64,000 nucleotides of DNA, from positions 20,956,001-21,020,000 of the forward strand of contig NC_042998.1 of NCBI RefSeq assembly GCF_006345805.1, read 5' to 3'. The DNA comes from Octopus sinensis (Eukaryota). The notes beneath the pieces are model-generated. The model did not search any database. It saw nothing but the letters and a program-made list of their open reading frames with translations, and had not been told where the DNA came from. Positions 50,606-63,796 of the stretch are shown piece after piece (the first letter of the stretch is position 1; every line of letters begins with the position of its first letter). A program made the position numbers and the translations under genes.

Positions 50606-50979
50606 CACACATACACATACTAGTACACTCATGCTTTTATATACATACATCCACACACCTACACATAAGTAAGAACATACGAATCGGTACAAAACTCTTT
50701 AGCAGGTAGCATTTGAGTAAAGCGGCGATCTGGGAGAATCGTTAGCTCGCCGGGCGAAATGCTAAGCGTTCTGAGTTCAAATTCAGCTGGGGTTGACTTT
50801 GCACTTCATCTTTTCAGGATTGATAAAATAAGTACCAGTTGAATACTGAAGTCAATGCAATCGACTTATTTCCTCCATTAAAATTGCTGGCTTTTTGCCA
50901 AAATTTGAAACAAATGCGTGGAATACAGTTCTATATTTAAGAGATGAGGAATTATGTAAATTATTTACAACTACGCCAT

Positions 50980-51240
50980 ATGCCCACTGGCATATAGCGA
51001 AGTGGTTAAGAGTGCGGGCTACTAACCCCAAGATTCTGAGTTCGATTCCAGGCAATGACCTGAATAATAATAACATCGAAAAATACCTTAAGAATGAGAA
51101 CCCAGGTTCGAAATTTTCACAAGACACCTGATGAAGGGTCCAGCCTTCATCAGGTGTCTTGGGTATATCAGCCGAAACGTTGTGTTAACAACAAATAAGA
51201 TGAGGACAAATATCCGTTAAATGTAAATAATGTAAATATG
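50980..51240 (+). mobile_element. tRNA-headed SINE with a hammerhead motif in its 3' half
   Basis: A-box-like TGGCATATAGCGAAGTGG and B-box GAGTTCGATTCC (51038-51049). These are followed by ACAC-CTGATGA-A-GG...CAGCC-GAA-ACGT-T-GTGT at 51124-51185, interrupted by a 17-bp fold-back. Confidence 0.7.
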
Positions 51241-51418
51241 TGAAATTTGAGTATCATGGAAAATTATAGCGATATCACAGTGACTTACAGATCTCAATTT
51301 TAAATTCTAGATTGATTATTTGTTTCAGATCACGATGAAGGAAGGAAAACTTATAATTAAGCATATATTCTCTTTTCCGTTCCCTTGTAATATTGTTGGT
51401 TCTGAGAACTCTGTTGCG

Positions 51419-51844
51419 GGATCTTTTCGGTTTGAACGGCAGTCTTTTAAAAATAATTTCCACGTAACTAAACACTTTTAAACTTCGTAATACTGTTAGA
51501 ATGTGTTTATAAAACATCTTTTTCTCTTGGCTTTATCGAGAAAATTCTATAGTTTGTAAGATATTTGTTTGTTTTTTTCTTCAATTACTGCAATTTCAAC
51601 CAATCAATGACGTCTATTGAGGTGAAAACATTCTGTGCCGTATGAATATGTCCATCGTTTAAGAAACAGATTGGGTTCATTTACATTTGTGAAGAAAAAA
51701 AGATACCCTCCCCCCCACCCCTAATCATAACCCTAACCCTAAAACAGATTGGAATGCAATAGATCGATACTAGGGTCATAATTATGGGTGACAATTTCAT
51801 ATGACACCGCTAGAAAAAAACTGCCGTTCAAACCGAAAAGATCC
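51419..51844. mobile_element. MITE with GGATCTTTTC TIRs, an 8-bp TSD and internal TAACCC repeats
   Basis: TIR GGATCTTTTCGGTTTGAACGGCAG with a matching right end. TSD CTGTTGCG at 51411-51418 and 51845-51852. The superfamily is unresolved. Confidence 0.85.
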
Positions 51845-52761
51845 CTGTTGCGGAAGCTGGATTTGTAAGTTAGTATAAACAAACAAACATACAAACAAAC
51901 AAACAAACAACTTAACGACGGCAATGATACAGCAATAAGTAGAACAAGAACAATGTAAAACAGCAGCTATAACTAATACACTTATCAACCGCCCAAGAGC
52001 AATAATAACAATGAAGTCCAACAACAAGAGTTTTGATCTTTCTGATAACACTGCATCTAATGTAACTTTGGTGTTTAATTTAATTTTGCTTCGCTTTTCC
52101 AAAGGGATTGGAGGATAGGAAGGAGGAGTGCTGTGAGCTAAATGACCACTTGAGATAATATACATCATTTGACTAAAGAAAACCTTCGGCGCATTCCTTT
52201 TGTTGTGCGTTTGAATACTCGACCTTACCTCTCCTCAAAACACACACACACACACACAACCACACACACAACCACACACACACACACACACACACATACA
52301 CACACGCAGAGGCACGCACTCACGCACGTACAACACAACACAAACACTTGCGCATATACGAATACACACAAGGAGAAAAGTTCGGCAACTTGATCTAAGT
52401 TGGATTGTCAAATGCATTCCAGGAGGCGAACCAAATATTATTAAGCAGGATCGGCGGAAAAGATAAACGGTTTACGCAAACACACACACACGGAGGGACA
52501 AACATATATTTATACAGTTTATGTAGTTTATACATAACACATACAGTATATGCATAGCTTTTGCCCATCATCTGAGCTAAAATGGATTCAGAAGAAAATC
52601 TAATCACAAGTAAGAGCAATTATTTTTACTTTCCAAAGTAGGAAAAAAAAAATGTTTTCATTAATTAACTCTGATTTAATTTTATTCTTTCATACTCATA
52701 CATTAGGGATGCTGTGAGGGCATTTAGTTGTAGTATAACCTATTTCTTGGATCTTTAAGAT

Positions 52762-53167
52762 CCTATTTCTTTACTACCCACAAGGGGCTAAACACAGAGG
52801 GGACAAACAAGGACAGACAAACGGATTAAGTCGATTATATCGACCCCAGTGCGTAACTGGTACTTATTTAATCGACCCCGAAAGGTTGAAAGGCAAAGTC
52901 AACCTCGGCGGAATTTGAACTCAGAACGTAACGGCAGACGAAATGCGTATTTCTTTATTACCCACAAGGGGCTAAACACAGAGGGGACACGCAAGGACAG
53001 ACAAACGGATTAAGTCGATTATATCGATCCCCAGTGCGTAACTGGTACTTATTTAATCGACCCCGAAAGGATGAAAGGCAAAGTCAACCTCGGTGGAATT
53101 TGAACTCAGAACGTAACGGCAGACGAAATACGGCTACGCATTTCGCCCGGCGTGCTAACGTTTCTGC
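52762..53167 (-). mobile_element. Two tandem SINE family A copies
   Basis: The tail and core are present twice; only one copy retains the head. Confidence 0.85.
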
Positions 53168-54004
53168 CAACTCGTCGCCTTTTATCTGTAGTATAACCGT
53201 TTGTTGTTGTTGTTGTTGTTGTTAAGCAACAAGACGGGTGAGGGTGATTAGATGATGGTTTAGGGCTTAGGGGCGGGAGACTCCAGACCTTGGGAAAAAA
53301 AACTTTGGTCGTCTTGTTGTAGTCAAGGGCTCTTTGTTGACGCCCGACACCACTGGGAGGTGGCCCTCGAAGTCGCTGGAAATGGAGATCTCCAGGTCCA
53401 AATTCTTGAACGGTTGTTGTTGTTGTTGTTTAACTTCAGGTCAGCTCTAATCGATCAGATCTATGATCAAACAAAAAGTATTCGAGCCACGAACATCCCT
53501 TCTTTTAAGGTTACGTAGCACTGACCTATCCGAGCCATTTTTCCTTGTTTTAAGACGGTAGGGTGTGGTTTGAGAGAGATTTGATTGTTATTGTCCAGCT
53601 GTTAAACAGAGTCAAACTGCAACCCGAGGGACTTTCTGAATGAATGCCAGCGAAAAAGTATTTTGAACTATTTTTAGTAGTGCGGCCTACCTGATGATGA
53701 GCCCTGTCTCATGCGGCCCTGTTCTAGCATATCAAGTAACGACGCAGAAGCCGTGTACTGACTCTTTCATGACAACCGCGTATCATATCCTTTCTACTAT
53801 AGGCACAATGCTGGCAGTTTTTAGGACAGAGTCTTCTCCACTGCATCGAGCCCCGGTGCTCAACTGATATTTATTTTATCGAACCCGAGACGATAAGGGC
53901 GAAGTCTGCCTCGGCGGAATTTGACATCAGAACATAATGACGGACGAAATATCGCTTAGCATTTTTGTCCTGCGCACTAACAGTTCTGCCGATTCGCTGC
54001 CTTA

Positions 54005-54065
<61 letters not shown>

Positions 54066-54731
54066 TCATGACTACATCACAAGATATAGGTTTTAAAATA
54101 CAATTAAATAAACATATCGATGCAAAGCTCAAATATTCGATACCCTTGATAACGGACCAAAATACCTTGATTACTGATCAATATCATAACTACTGCTCCA
54201 CACAGTAATTGCCGATTAAACATCTCGATTACCGCTCTCACATCTCTATTGCTGTTCTCTCATCACGATCACTACTTATACGTACATTTGAAATTATATT
54301 CTCAGTACGATCTCAGTCGTTGTAGATCTTATGCGAGAAATGTAAAGCCTACAGTCACACTAACAATCATTAAAATTACAAACTTTGGCGCACCGTTGAG
54401 CTGTGTTCTAACTTCGCTACTTCCATCACTATTATAGTAGCCGCTTCTTCTCTGGATGTCCTAAGGGTGTACCATTTATATCTAAAGACATTGTTGCACC
54501 CAGCTTTGTTTGCCTCGTTTCTCATACGTTGTCTTTCCATCACGAACCTGACAAACTAAAACAGAGGTAGGAATTGTGGCAGGTGGAACAACTGGTACGA
54601 GCCTACGATTCTGAGGGAGCTTAGACGCCTTGTTAGCAGTAACTGTGAGACCCTTTGGTTAAATAATTACTTTTTTTATAAATAGTTCTGGTTCTATTAT
54701 TGTTTAGCTGCCTGTAATTACATCATGTACG

Positions 54732-54767
<36 letters not shown>

Positions 54768-54865
54768 CGGGAAGGTTTATGAAAATAAACAAAAGACGAA
54801 GGCAGGTGGAGTAAAAACAAACAAATGTATTAGTATAGCGCTCAGGAATAGAAATAGAAAAAGTA

Positions 54866-54899
54866 TTTTACGTTTCGAGCCTACGCTCTTCGACAGAAA
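54866..54899 (-). ncRNA. Degenerate hammerhead motif in a related Penelope-like repeat (about 54770-55260)
   Basis: TTT-CTGTCGA-A-GAGC(GTAG)GCTC-GAA-ACGT-A-AAA. Stem II is retained with a different loop, but the core A6 is mutated. Confidence 0.5.
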
Positions 54900-55254
54900 G
54901 ATACACAGAAAAAAACAAAGAGAGAAACAAGGAGAGAAAAAAATGCGTGTAGGAGCTAACGATCTATCATGGCGTCAGGCATCCATCATAGGACTCCTTG
55001 CACACTAGAGAGAACAGTTAAATTCCAAACCACTATTAGGGATAACATTTCGAAGGGAATGAAAAATAAAAACATTTACCATCTAACTCCTAGACTTCTC
55101 TCTAGCATGCAAGAAGTTCTATGATGGATGCCTCTTACGTGTTTAAATGTACACTGTATTTATATGAATAATATATAGGCTATTGACTAAATTTTTACAC
55201 GCTAGGCCACTGGTAATGGAAATTTCTAATATATCTGATTACCCTTTGATATTA

Positions 55255-55323
<69 letters not shown>

Positions 55324-57028
55324 TAAATTAGAAATAAAACCACTATTAGGCAAATCGCCTAATAGTGGTTTTATCTCTAATTTAATATAATATAATATAA
55401 TATAATATAATATATTTATACTATAAAATTGGATTTAATCCTAAATCTAATTTTTCCCTGTAAGTTTGGATTTATTCCCTAATATTATTATTATTATATA
55501 TATATATATATATATAGCTTGAGCAGTTGCCTATGGGCCACATGGGTTTAAGGTACCCAGTGCTAATCTATGCATGCTATAGTTGTATATATAGGGATAC
55601 TCCCATTGCTTTGGTTTGTCTGGGGCCCAATAATGATGTTAAAATGGTCCTTGCTATTCATGTCTTTCTTGCAGCTGTCGACTTCTAGTTGTGCAAAAAG
55701 AGCATTATTTGCATCAGTCTGACCAGTCTTGTGATGAGCGTGGATGCAGACCGCTCCTCGAAACCAAACTATTAAAACAACAAACCAAAGAAAAATACAT
55801 CCTAAATCAAAAACAAAACAAAATCGTGTGACTAGGTACGAATAACATCTTTTCTTTTTTGCAGACGACAGTGTATATGGTCGGCTGCTACTTTTAGCAG
55901 GTTCAGTGACAAACAAAGATGCTTTTTTATTGGCTCCTTGAGTGCCTAGCAGTAAAGAAGTGAAGGCGCTGGCCTAGTGGTTAGGATATTTGGCTCACGA
56001 TCGTAAGATCGCGAGTTCGATTCTTTGCAATGTGTCGTGTCCTTGCTGTAGTCCACTCAACTGGCAAAAATGCGTAGTACTTGTATTTCGAAAGGCCAGT
56101 CTTGTCACATTCTGTGTCACACTGAATTTCCTTAAGAACTAGGTTAAGGACACGCGTGTCTGTGAAGTGCTCAGTCACTTGCATGCTAATATCACGAGCA
56201 GGCTGTTCCGTTGATCGGATCAACTGATACCCACGATGTTGTAATCGACGGAGTGAAAGTTGTAACTGTAACGCACGCACAAACCATATATATTTAGCAT
56301 TTATTACTACAAAACATGAGGAACAATTTGACATGGGCCGACATTGTACATGCAGTTTGGATCAGTTACCAAATTTGAATGGGCCTTAACAGCTATCTCG
56401 TTTTTATAGATTCTATTCTTTCGGCTCTCATCTTTCTGCATTCTTTCCTTCCTGCAAGAATCCAACTGAATATTCAATTCTTAGCATCACCCAGTTACGA
56501 TTTTTTCCCCATTGTCTAATTAAATCCTACAATGGCTACGGATTCACTCCTAATTCACCGAAGATGTTTCGACGCTGTCACATGACCTGCTATAAATGGC
56601 GGCCAAATCTCCTTCAGATCATCCATCTTAAAAATAAGAAGGTTGTTGGACAATGTACTCCTGGATACTTCTAAAAAGATTGGATGGTCACGGGTGGAAT
56701 GATTTTGGTCATAGGCCTCCTCAGTCAGGTTTGGTCTGCGGTTGAACAACAACAACAGCAGCAACAGCAACAACAACAACAGTAGCAGCAGCAGCAGTAA
56801 CAACAGCAACAACAGTCCTTTCTACTAAAGACACAAGGCCTGAAATTTGGGGGCTGGGTATAGTAGATTACATTGACCTCAGTGTTTCACTGGTACTTAA
56901 TTTATCAATTCCCGAAAGGATGGAAGGCAAAGTCGACCTCGGCGGAATTTGAACTCAGAACGTAGCGATGGGCGAAATACCGCTAAGTATTTTGTCCAGC
57001 GTGCTAACGATTCTACCAGCTCGTCGCC

Positions 57029-57073
<45 letters not shown>

Positions 57074-57099
57074 TAATAATAATAATAATATAATAATAC

Positions 57100-58986
57100 T
57101 TAGTTAAAAAGAAAGGATTTGGGACAGTCAGAAAGGAGTTGAAACAGCGTATCATAGCAGTAGCTGGTAAGCTTTATAGATATCAGAAAAGAATAGATCA
57201 GTATCAACAGAATAGATTATTTGAGACAGATCAGAGATTTAATGACCAAATAAAAAGTGGAGAAGAAAGTACTGAAGATGAGAAACCTAATGAAGAAAAA
57301 GTTAGAAAGTTCTGGAGCAATATTTGGGATAAGCAAGTCAATCATAATGGAGAAGCAGTTTGGTTAAAGAAAGTGATGGAAGAAGTATTGAGTGAGAAAC
57401 AAGCAGCCAGATCTAAGACTAACTAGTTCAATAATGAGTAAAGTGTAAGGAAAAATGTCAAATTGGAAGCGTCCAGGACCAGATTTAGTTCAAAGGTACT
57501 GGTTAAAGAAATTTCGTAGCTTACATGGGAGGCTGAGGGAACAACTTCAGGATTACCTTAATGGAGGAATAATTCCAGAATAGATGATTAGAGGGAGAAC
57601 AATACTCCTTATGAAAGACAAAATCAAAGGTAATACAGCTAGCAATTATAGACCAATCACTTGCTTATCATTTGTGTAGGAGCTTCTTTCAGAACGCATT
57701 TACGAGCACCTTGACAGGTAGAATTTACTACCAGAAGAAGGAAAAAGGTTGCAGGAAGAAGGCGAGAGGAACGCATGGTCTATTATACATAGACAAAGTA
57801 GTAAAATCTACAAAGAAAAATCTAACAATAGCATGAATGGATTTATGGAAGCCTATGACATGACCCCACACTCTTGGATAAGTAAATACAGTACAGTAGA
57901 CAACATAAGAGAATTTATTAATTTTAGCATGAAGAAACGGAAAGTAGAAATTTAGTATAGATAAATGTGTAATATTAGTCATTAAAACAGAACAGGTAAC
58001 CAACAGTGAAGGCGCCCAATTATCAGGTGGCCAAACATTAAAATCATTAAAAGAAGAGGAGAGATATAAGTATGTAGGAGTATTAGAATCTGACAGAGTA
58101 CTAAATATAGGAATGAAAGCGAAAATTGAGAAGGAGTACATCAGAAGAGTGAGGAAGCTAATGAAGTCAAAGCTAAATGGTCCAAATGTAGTGAAGACTG
58201 TAAATACTTGGACAGTGTCGTTACTTAGATACTGAGCAACATTTGTAGACTGCTTCAAATCTGAATTAGCAAAGCTAGACAGAAGAACTAGGAAGGAATT
58301 CAATATGAATGGAGGACTCCACCCAATGACAGGAGTAGCAAGATTATAATTACCTAGAAAGGAAGATGGAGAAGGGTTAATATTAGCAGAAGACTGTGTG
58401 GAATTAGCTACAGTAGATATGAACTCCTATGTAGGTAATAGTGAAGTAAGTTTATTAAGAGCTGCTAGAGTTACAGTAGAACATGGGGAAACCAAAAAGC
58501 CAAATGAAGTTTAAAACCATAAAAGAGAACAAAAGTTGTCTGACTGGCAAGAGAAGGTTTTGCATGGTAGATTCCCAAAGATAGTTACAAATAGTAGTAG
58601 TGAGACATGGTTATGGTTGCAGAAAGGAAGGCTGAAAATGGAGAGCTTGTTTGTAGCGGCACAAGATTAAACATTAAGGACTAATTGGATAAAAGCCAAG
58701 ATAGACAAAAACCAAGTAGATTCCCAATGTAGGTTATGCAAATCAAAGCAGAAAAGTGCTACTCATATAGTAAGTGAATGTAGCATGCTGGCACAGAAAG
58801 AATACAAGAAAAGACATGACAATCTAGGGGGAGTAGTCCACTAGGATTTATGTAGAACGCTAGGATTTGACCATACTGATAAATGGTATGAACATGAACC
58901 TGCTAAAGTACTAGAAAGTAAGAAGTATAAAATGTGGGACTTTAACATTCAGACTAACAGAGTAATAGAAGCTAGAAAGCCTGATT

Positions 58987-59073
<87 letters not shown>

Positions 59074-59422
59074 ATAAAGACAATAGAAAGTGCCAGATGA
59101 TTGATTCTACAGTCCCAAATGATGAGAAAATCAATATGAGAGGCATAGAAAAAAGTACCATAGCCTAGCCATTGAATTACAGAGATTATAGAAAGTGCAG
59201 GTAAAATGTATCCCAGCAGTTATAAGTGCATTAGGAACTATCCATAAAGATTTGAATAGATGGATAGAGGAAATAAGCATAGAACCCAGTCTAGTACAGT
59301 TTCAGAAAACAGTGTTATTAGGGACAGCTAGGATACTTGGGAGGGTTTTTGGGATCTAAGTTTACTTGTAGCCATATGTTAGGAATGTTTCTTTTCCAAC
59401 AGTCTAATCTGCTGTGCGTATA

Positions 59423-59425
<3 letters not shown>
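57100..59425 (+). mobile_element. R4/Dong-type (RLE) non-LTR retrotransposon, degenerate, flanked by (TAA)n
   Basis: Contains KFWSNIW, PGPDLV, NYRPITCL, AYDMTPHSW, YKYVGVLE, CRLC...HIVSEC, KKRHDN, WYEHEP, WDFNIQTNRVIEARKPDLVV and QKTVLLGTARIL. The RT core (QGD to YMDD) is deleted. TAA tracts lie at 57029-57098 and 59426-59490. Confidence 0.9.
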
Positions 59426-59485
<60 letters not shown>

Positions 59486-59490
59486 TAATA

Positions 59491-59976
<486 letters not shown>

Positions 59977-60044
59977 GTAATCCCTAGGAGTCGGGAAGAC
60001 ACTCGGCAAGAAATGGAAGCAAATTTGAAAGAAGAAAAAAAAAT

Positions 60045-60075
<31 letters not shown>

Positions 60076-60448
60076 TGACGATATGTGCATCTCTGATCAC
60101 GAGCAGAAGTAGTGGGGGAGCATCATAGCCATGTGTTGAGAGGGATTCTTTGGGGTTTGAATAGTTCACCTCTGGAAACATGGGTGGTTCTTTCAACATC
60201 CTTAAACAACCCTTATTCAGGGACCGTTTGAGCGGGATGGGCTACTCAACCTGAAGAAAATTCTAACTGGGCCCCACCTGCAAGGTCATGTGCTGTTTAT
60301 CTTGATATGAGATCACCATGTCGCGCACATATGGTTGTGATGCATGTGCCTGGTGTACCTTTATCAGACGGGTAGTCATGATGGGTATATTGGGCTTCGT
60401 ATATTTTACCCCAGTGTCACTTTGATGGCATGAACTGCTCTCTCACTC
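60076..60448 (+). mobile_element. Second, truncated copy of the (TAA)n-flanked non-coding element
   Basis: Collinear 373-bp match to 26074-26446. Confidence 0.8.
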
Positions 60449-60483
60449 AATAATAATAATAATAATGATAATAATAATAATAA

Positions 60484-60630
60484 TCCCATTGAAACTTCAA
60501 AACCTCTTAAGGTACTGGAAATCCCATGCAAGATTGAAGTCTTGCAAAAAGCAGCCTTATTGGGCACATCTTAAGGAATGTATTATCTGTCTGAGGCCCT
60601 TGTTATGACTTGACAGGTGACTAAAGACTC
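60484..60630 (+). mobile_element. Short Dong-type extreme 3' fragment after a TAA tract
   Basis: LKVLEIPCKIEVLQKAALLGT. Confidence 0.65.
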
Positions 60631-60716
60631 CTGTGCATTTTACCTACCTGAGTAAATTTGCCATTTAATAAAACATTTCAATTCAAAATCGGATGAAAGA
60701 TGTGGAAACGCATGAA

Positions 60717-60762
<46 letters not shown>

Positions 60763-61883
60763 ACACACAGACACACACACACAGACACACACACACACAC
60801 ACACACACACATTTTGAGTTTTATAGATATAGATGTCATATGTACACCGAAAATGATGCAATGCTTACGATTGGAAAGTCTTGGATCATGGGTTTGTTAA
60901 ACCATTGGTCTAATTGATCAGAGGTCTGTCTAATCGATTAAAACTGACTTGGGACTAAAGAAGAACATCTTAACCTCTCTGACTTAATCGATTTTATCGT
61001 CTTATCGAAATAATTTGTTTGGAAATGGCCAGTTTAGGGAAACTGAAAGAAAAAGTCCCACCACTATGTGATATATGTAGGTGCAGTAAATACATTTTTG
61101 CCAGAATTTCTGTTATATTTCTATTATTCTTTTGTTTCTGAGCATTCATGAGTTAAGGATTTCAGTAGTATTTTTGTTTCTCAATTGGGAACTTCCTTAG
61201 GTCGACCGTACATTCATATATTGATGATAGACATTTAATACACGATGGGTTGTCAGAATCGTTAACAACATCAGAGAAAATGCATGCAATATCTATGTTT
61301 TCTGCTCTATTCCGTTGAAGTCCACTTTGATTTTTCTGGGATTAATTAAATAACTACCAGTCAAGTATCAAAATCGTTTTGATATTCTTTCAGAATACCC
61401 TGACGGTGAACTGAATTATGTTAGAAGACTAACACGAAATAAGTATAACGTCGTACTGTGCTAGTCTTCTTTGAAACCTCCGAAATATGGGAAAAAGTTT
61501 CGTAAAATCCCTATCAAGGACTTCAATATTCGGATTTCTTTCTTGCCCGTTGATTTCCTCATTCCGGTTCAACTCTTGAGGAAACAGTCAAGTTGTTTTG
61601 TATGCCTGCTTTTCACAGTTCAAGCTTTGTAGAGATATAGAGAAGTGAGAAGGCGGATCCCTTTAAGATCTATTACCAGATGTTTACCGAAAGAGATCCG
61701 GTTGTTGACCGCAGCTTCAATAGACAAAACAAATTCGACACGATGCGGAAATATTTATTCTACAAATTGATTTGTCCTATGATAGTAGAAAATAATAGGT
61801 TTCTGATACTGTTATCCATAGAAAGGCTATGGCATTGTTCCCCAACGTCGTACGGCTAGAAGTACAATTTCTATATATATATA

Positions 61884-62112
61884 TTTCTTTACTACCCACA
61901 AGGGGCTAAACATAGAGGGAACAAACAAGGACAGACAAACGGATTAAGTCGATTATATCGACCCCAGTGCGTAACTGGTACTTTATTTATCGACCCCGAA
62001 AGGATGAAAGGCAAAGTCGACCTCGGCGGAATTTGAACTCAGAACGTAACGACGGACGAAATACCGCTAAGCATTTCGCCTGGCGTGCTAACGTTTTCGC
62101 CAGCTCGCTGCC
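61884..62112 (-). mobile_element. SINE family A, full length
   Basis: TSD TACAATTTCTA at 61863-61873 and 62115-62125. Confidence 0.9.
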
Positions 62113-62503
62113 TTTACAATTTCTACATAATTAGGGTGATGTAGCGAATGGACAAACATTAGAGCGTCAGGTAGAATCTTCTGATTTTTGTTCTGGCTTT
62201 GAGCATTTTCACTTCCTGTGGAGGTCAACCTTTCATGGTTTCAAAGTCGATATATAAAGTACAAGTTCAGTACTGGGGTCAATGCTTCTTTTTCTTTGTT
62301 TCTGAAAGATATCCGTTGCATTCAGACCTGGAGATAATAGCTTCCGCCAGGTAAATATATGTGTAGTTATGTTTTCTGTTACTCAGAAATTGTTAATTAT
62401 AGAGCCATTTTTTAAAACAGACTTAGTTGTTTCTTGTTTGAAGATATATTTCAACAGTTTGCTAATTGTTCAAGCTATTGTAGCAAGGGTTCAAGCCCTA
62501 ACC

Positions 62504-62734
62504 TATTTCTTTACTACCCACAAGGGGCTAAACACAGAAGGAACCAACAAGGACAGACAAATGGATTAAGTCGATTACATCGACTCCAGTGCGTAACTGG
62601 TACTTATTTAATCGACCCCAAAAGGATGAAAGGCAAAGTCGACCTCGGCGGAATTCGAACTCAGAACGTTACGGCAGACGAAATACAGCTACGCATTTCG
62701 CCTGGCGTGCTAACGATTCTGCCAGCTCGCCGCC
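62504..62734 (-). mobile_element. SINE family A (tRNA-like head, GTCGACTTTGCCTTTCATCC core, Tx1-like tail), full length with a 19-bp TSD
   Basis: TSD AAGGGTTCAAGCCCTAACC at 62485-62503 and 62735-62753. Other copies lie at about 13880-14092, 15265-15470, 16225-16368, 17127-17310, 17424-17640, 18760-18960, 40100-40330, 50720-50915, 53800-54003 and 56820-57030. Confidence 0.9.
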
Positions 62735-62785
62735 AAGGGTTCAAGCCCTAACCGCTAACCGCGAGTGAGCCACCACAATTTCATG

Positions 62786-62811
62786 TGATTGGTCTATAAA
62801 TCGACCAATCA
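62786..62811. promoter_or_regulatory. Divergent CCAAT pair flanking TATAAA (candidate promoter)
   Basis: TGATTGGTC-TATAAATC-GACCAATCA at the start of a CpG-richer, repeat-poor stretch. Confidence 0.35.
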
Positions 62812-63796
62812 GTGTGAGGCTGTGGCGTGATCTGGTTTCCTCGAATGTTCTAAAATTCAACTTCTTGTCCCTTAGGAAAACATTTTGGCGCTTAACTCAG
62901 AGCCCAGACATCCGATAGACCGCTCACATCACAGACTGTCTCCTCGGACCTTTGCGCAGATCTCTCGTTTATCGGACAGACCGATTCTGAACATACACAA
63001 AATGTCCTATAGATAGCATCTACAGACACGATGCGGTTTTTACTCTTCCCTGACGGCAATAATTATTAGTCTTGCTCATTATAAATGGCCAACATCAAAT
63101 ATTACGCTCTGCAATTTTGCTGCAATTATTATTCATGCAACCAGTACATTTCACACGCAAACCACATCAATGATAATTAAGCCACCCTCTTCAAGGACGG
63201 TGACTCAGACGTTTGATCGTTGATCAGCTCAACACAAGCAACAAGCAAACTACGCGACGGTTAGCAATTTACGTCGTCGTTACAACATCGTGACGTATGT
63301 CATATATAATCTGACTTGCATAATACACACTGTTTCTTGTAGGTTGTATGTCTGCGTAAGTCCTTATTCAAATTATCAAGACAAAACATCTACTATTTAC
63401 TGTAGCTGGCCCCTTTTCACAAAGAAATAAGCTGTCTTTTTTGTTACTGGTTAAAGCCAGGTCAAAATAGATGAATCAGAGTTATTATCAAAATATTCTC
63501 ACTCTATGACAATCATTTTTTCTTTACATCTTACTTTTGTTCTATCATAAGTATTTAGGGTCACATCATTCAATCTATCACTCCTATTTTTTGTTTACAC
63601 TTCAGGTACTTACGGTACCTATACCGAAGGATCGCCATTTTTTGCTTATCGCACACTTCTGTCTTTTGGTTTCTTCTCTCAGCACTTACAGAATAATGAG
63701 AATAAGTTGAGGGCCGTTGAAGGTCTAACAGAAGGCTAGTCATTCAAACGTACTTCTCATCGTTTGTTTAAATAGGGAGATGGGTGTTTCTCCATA

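Noticed and set aside
61480-61600. Possible minus-strand coding exon (ELNRNEEINGQERNPNIEV...)
   Set aside because: The donor is weak, there is no recognisable domain, and there are no partner exons.
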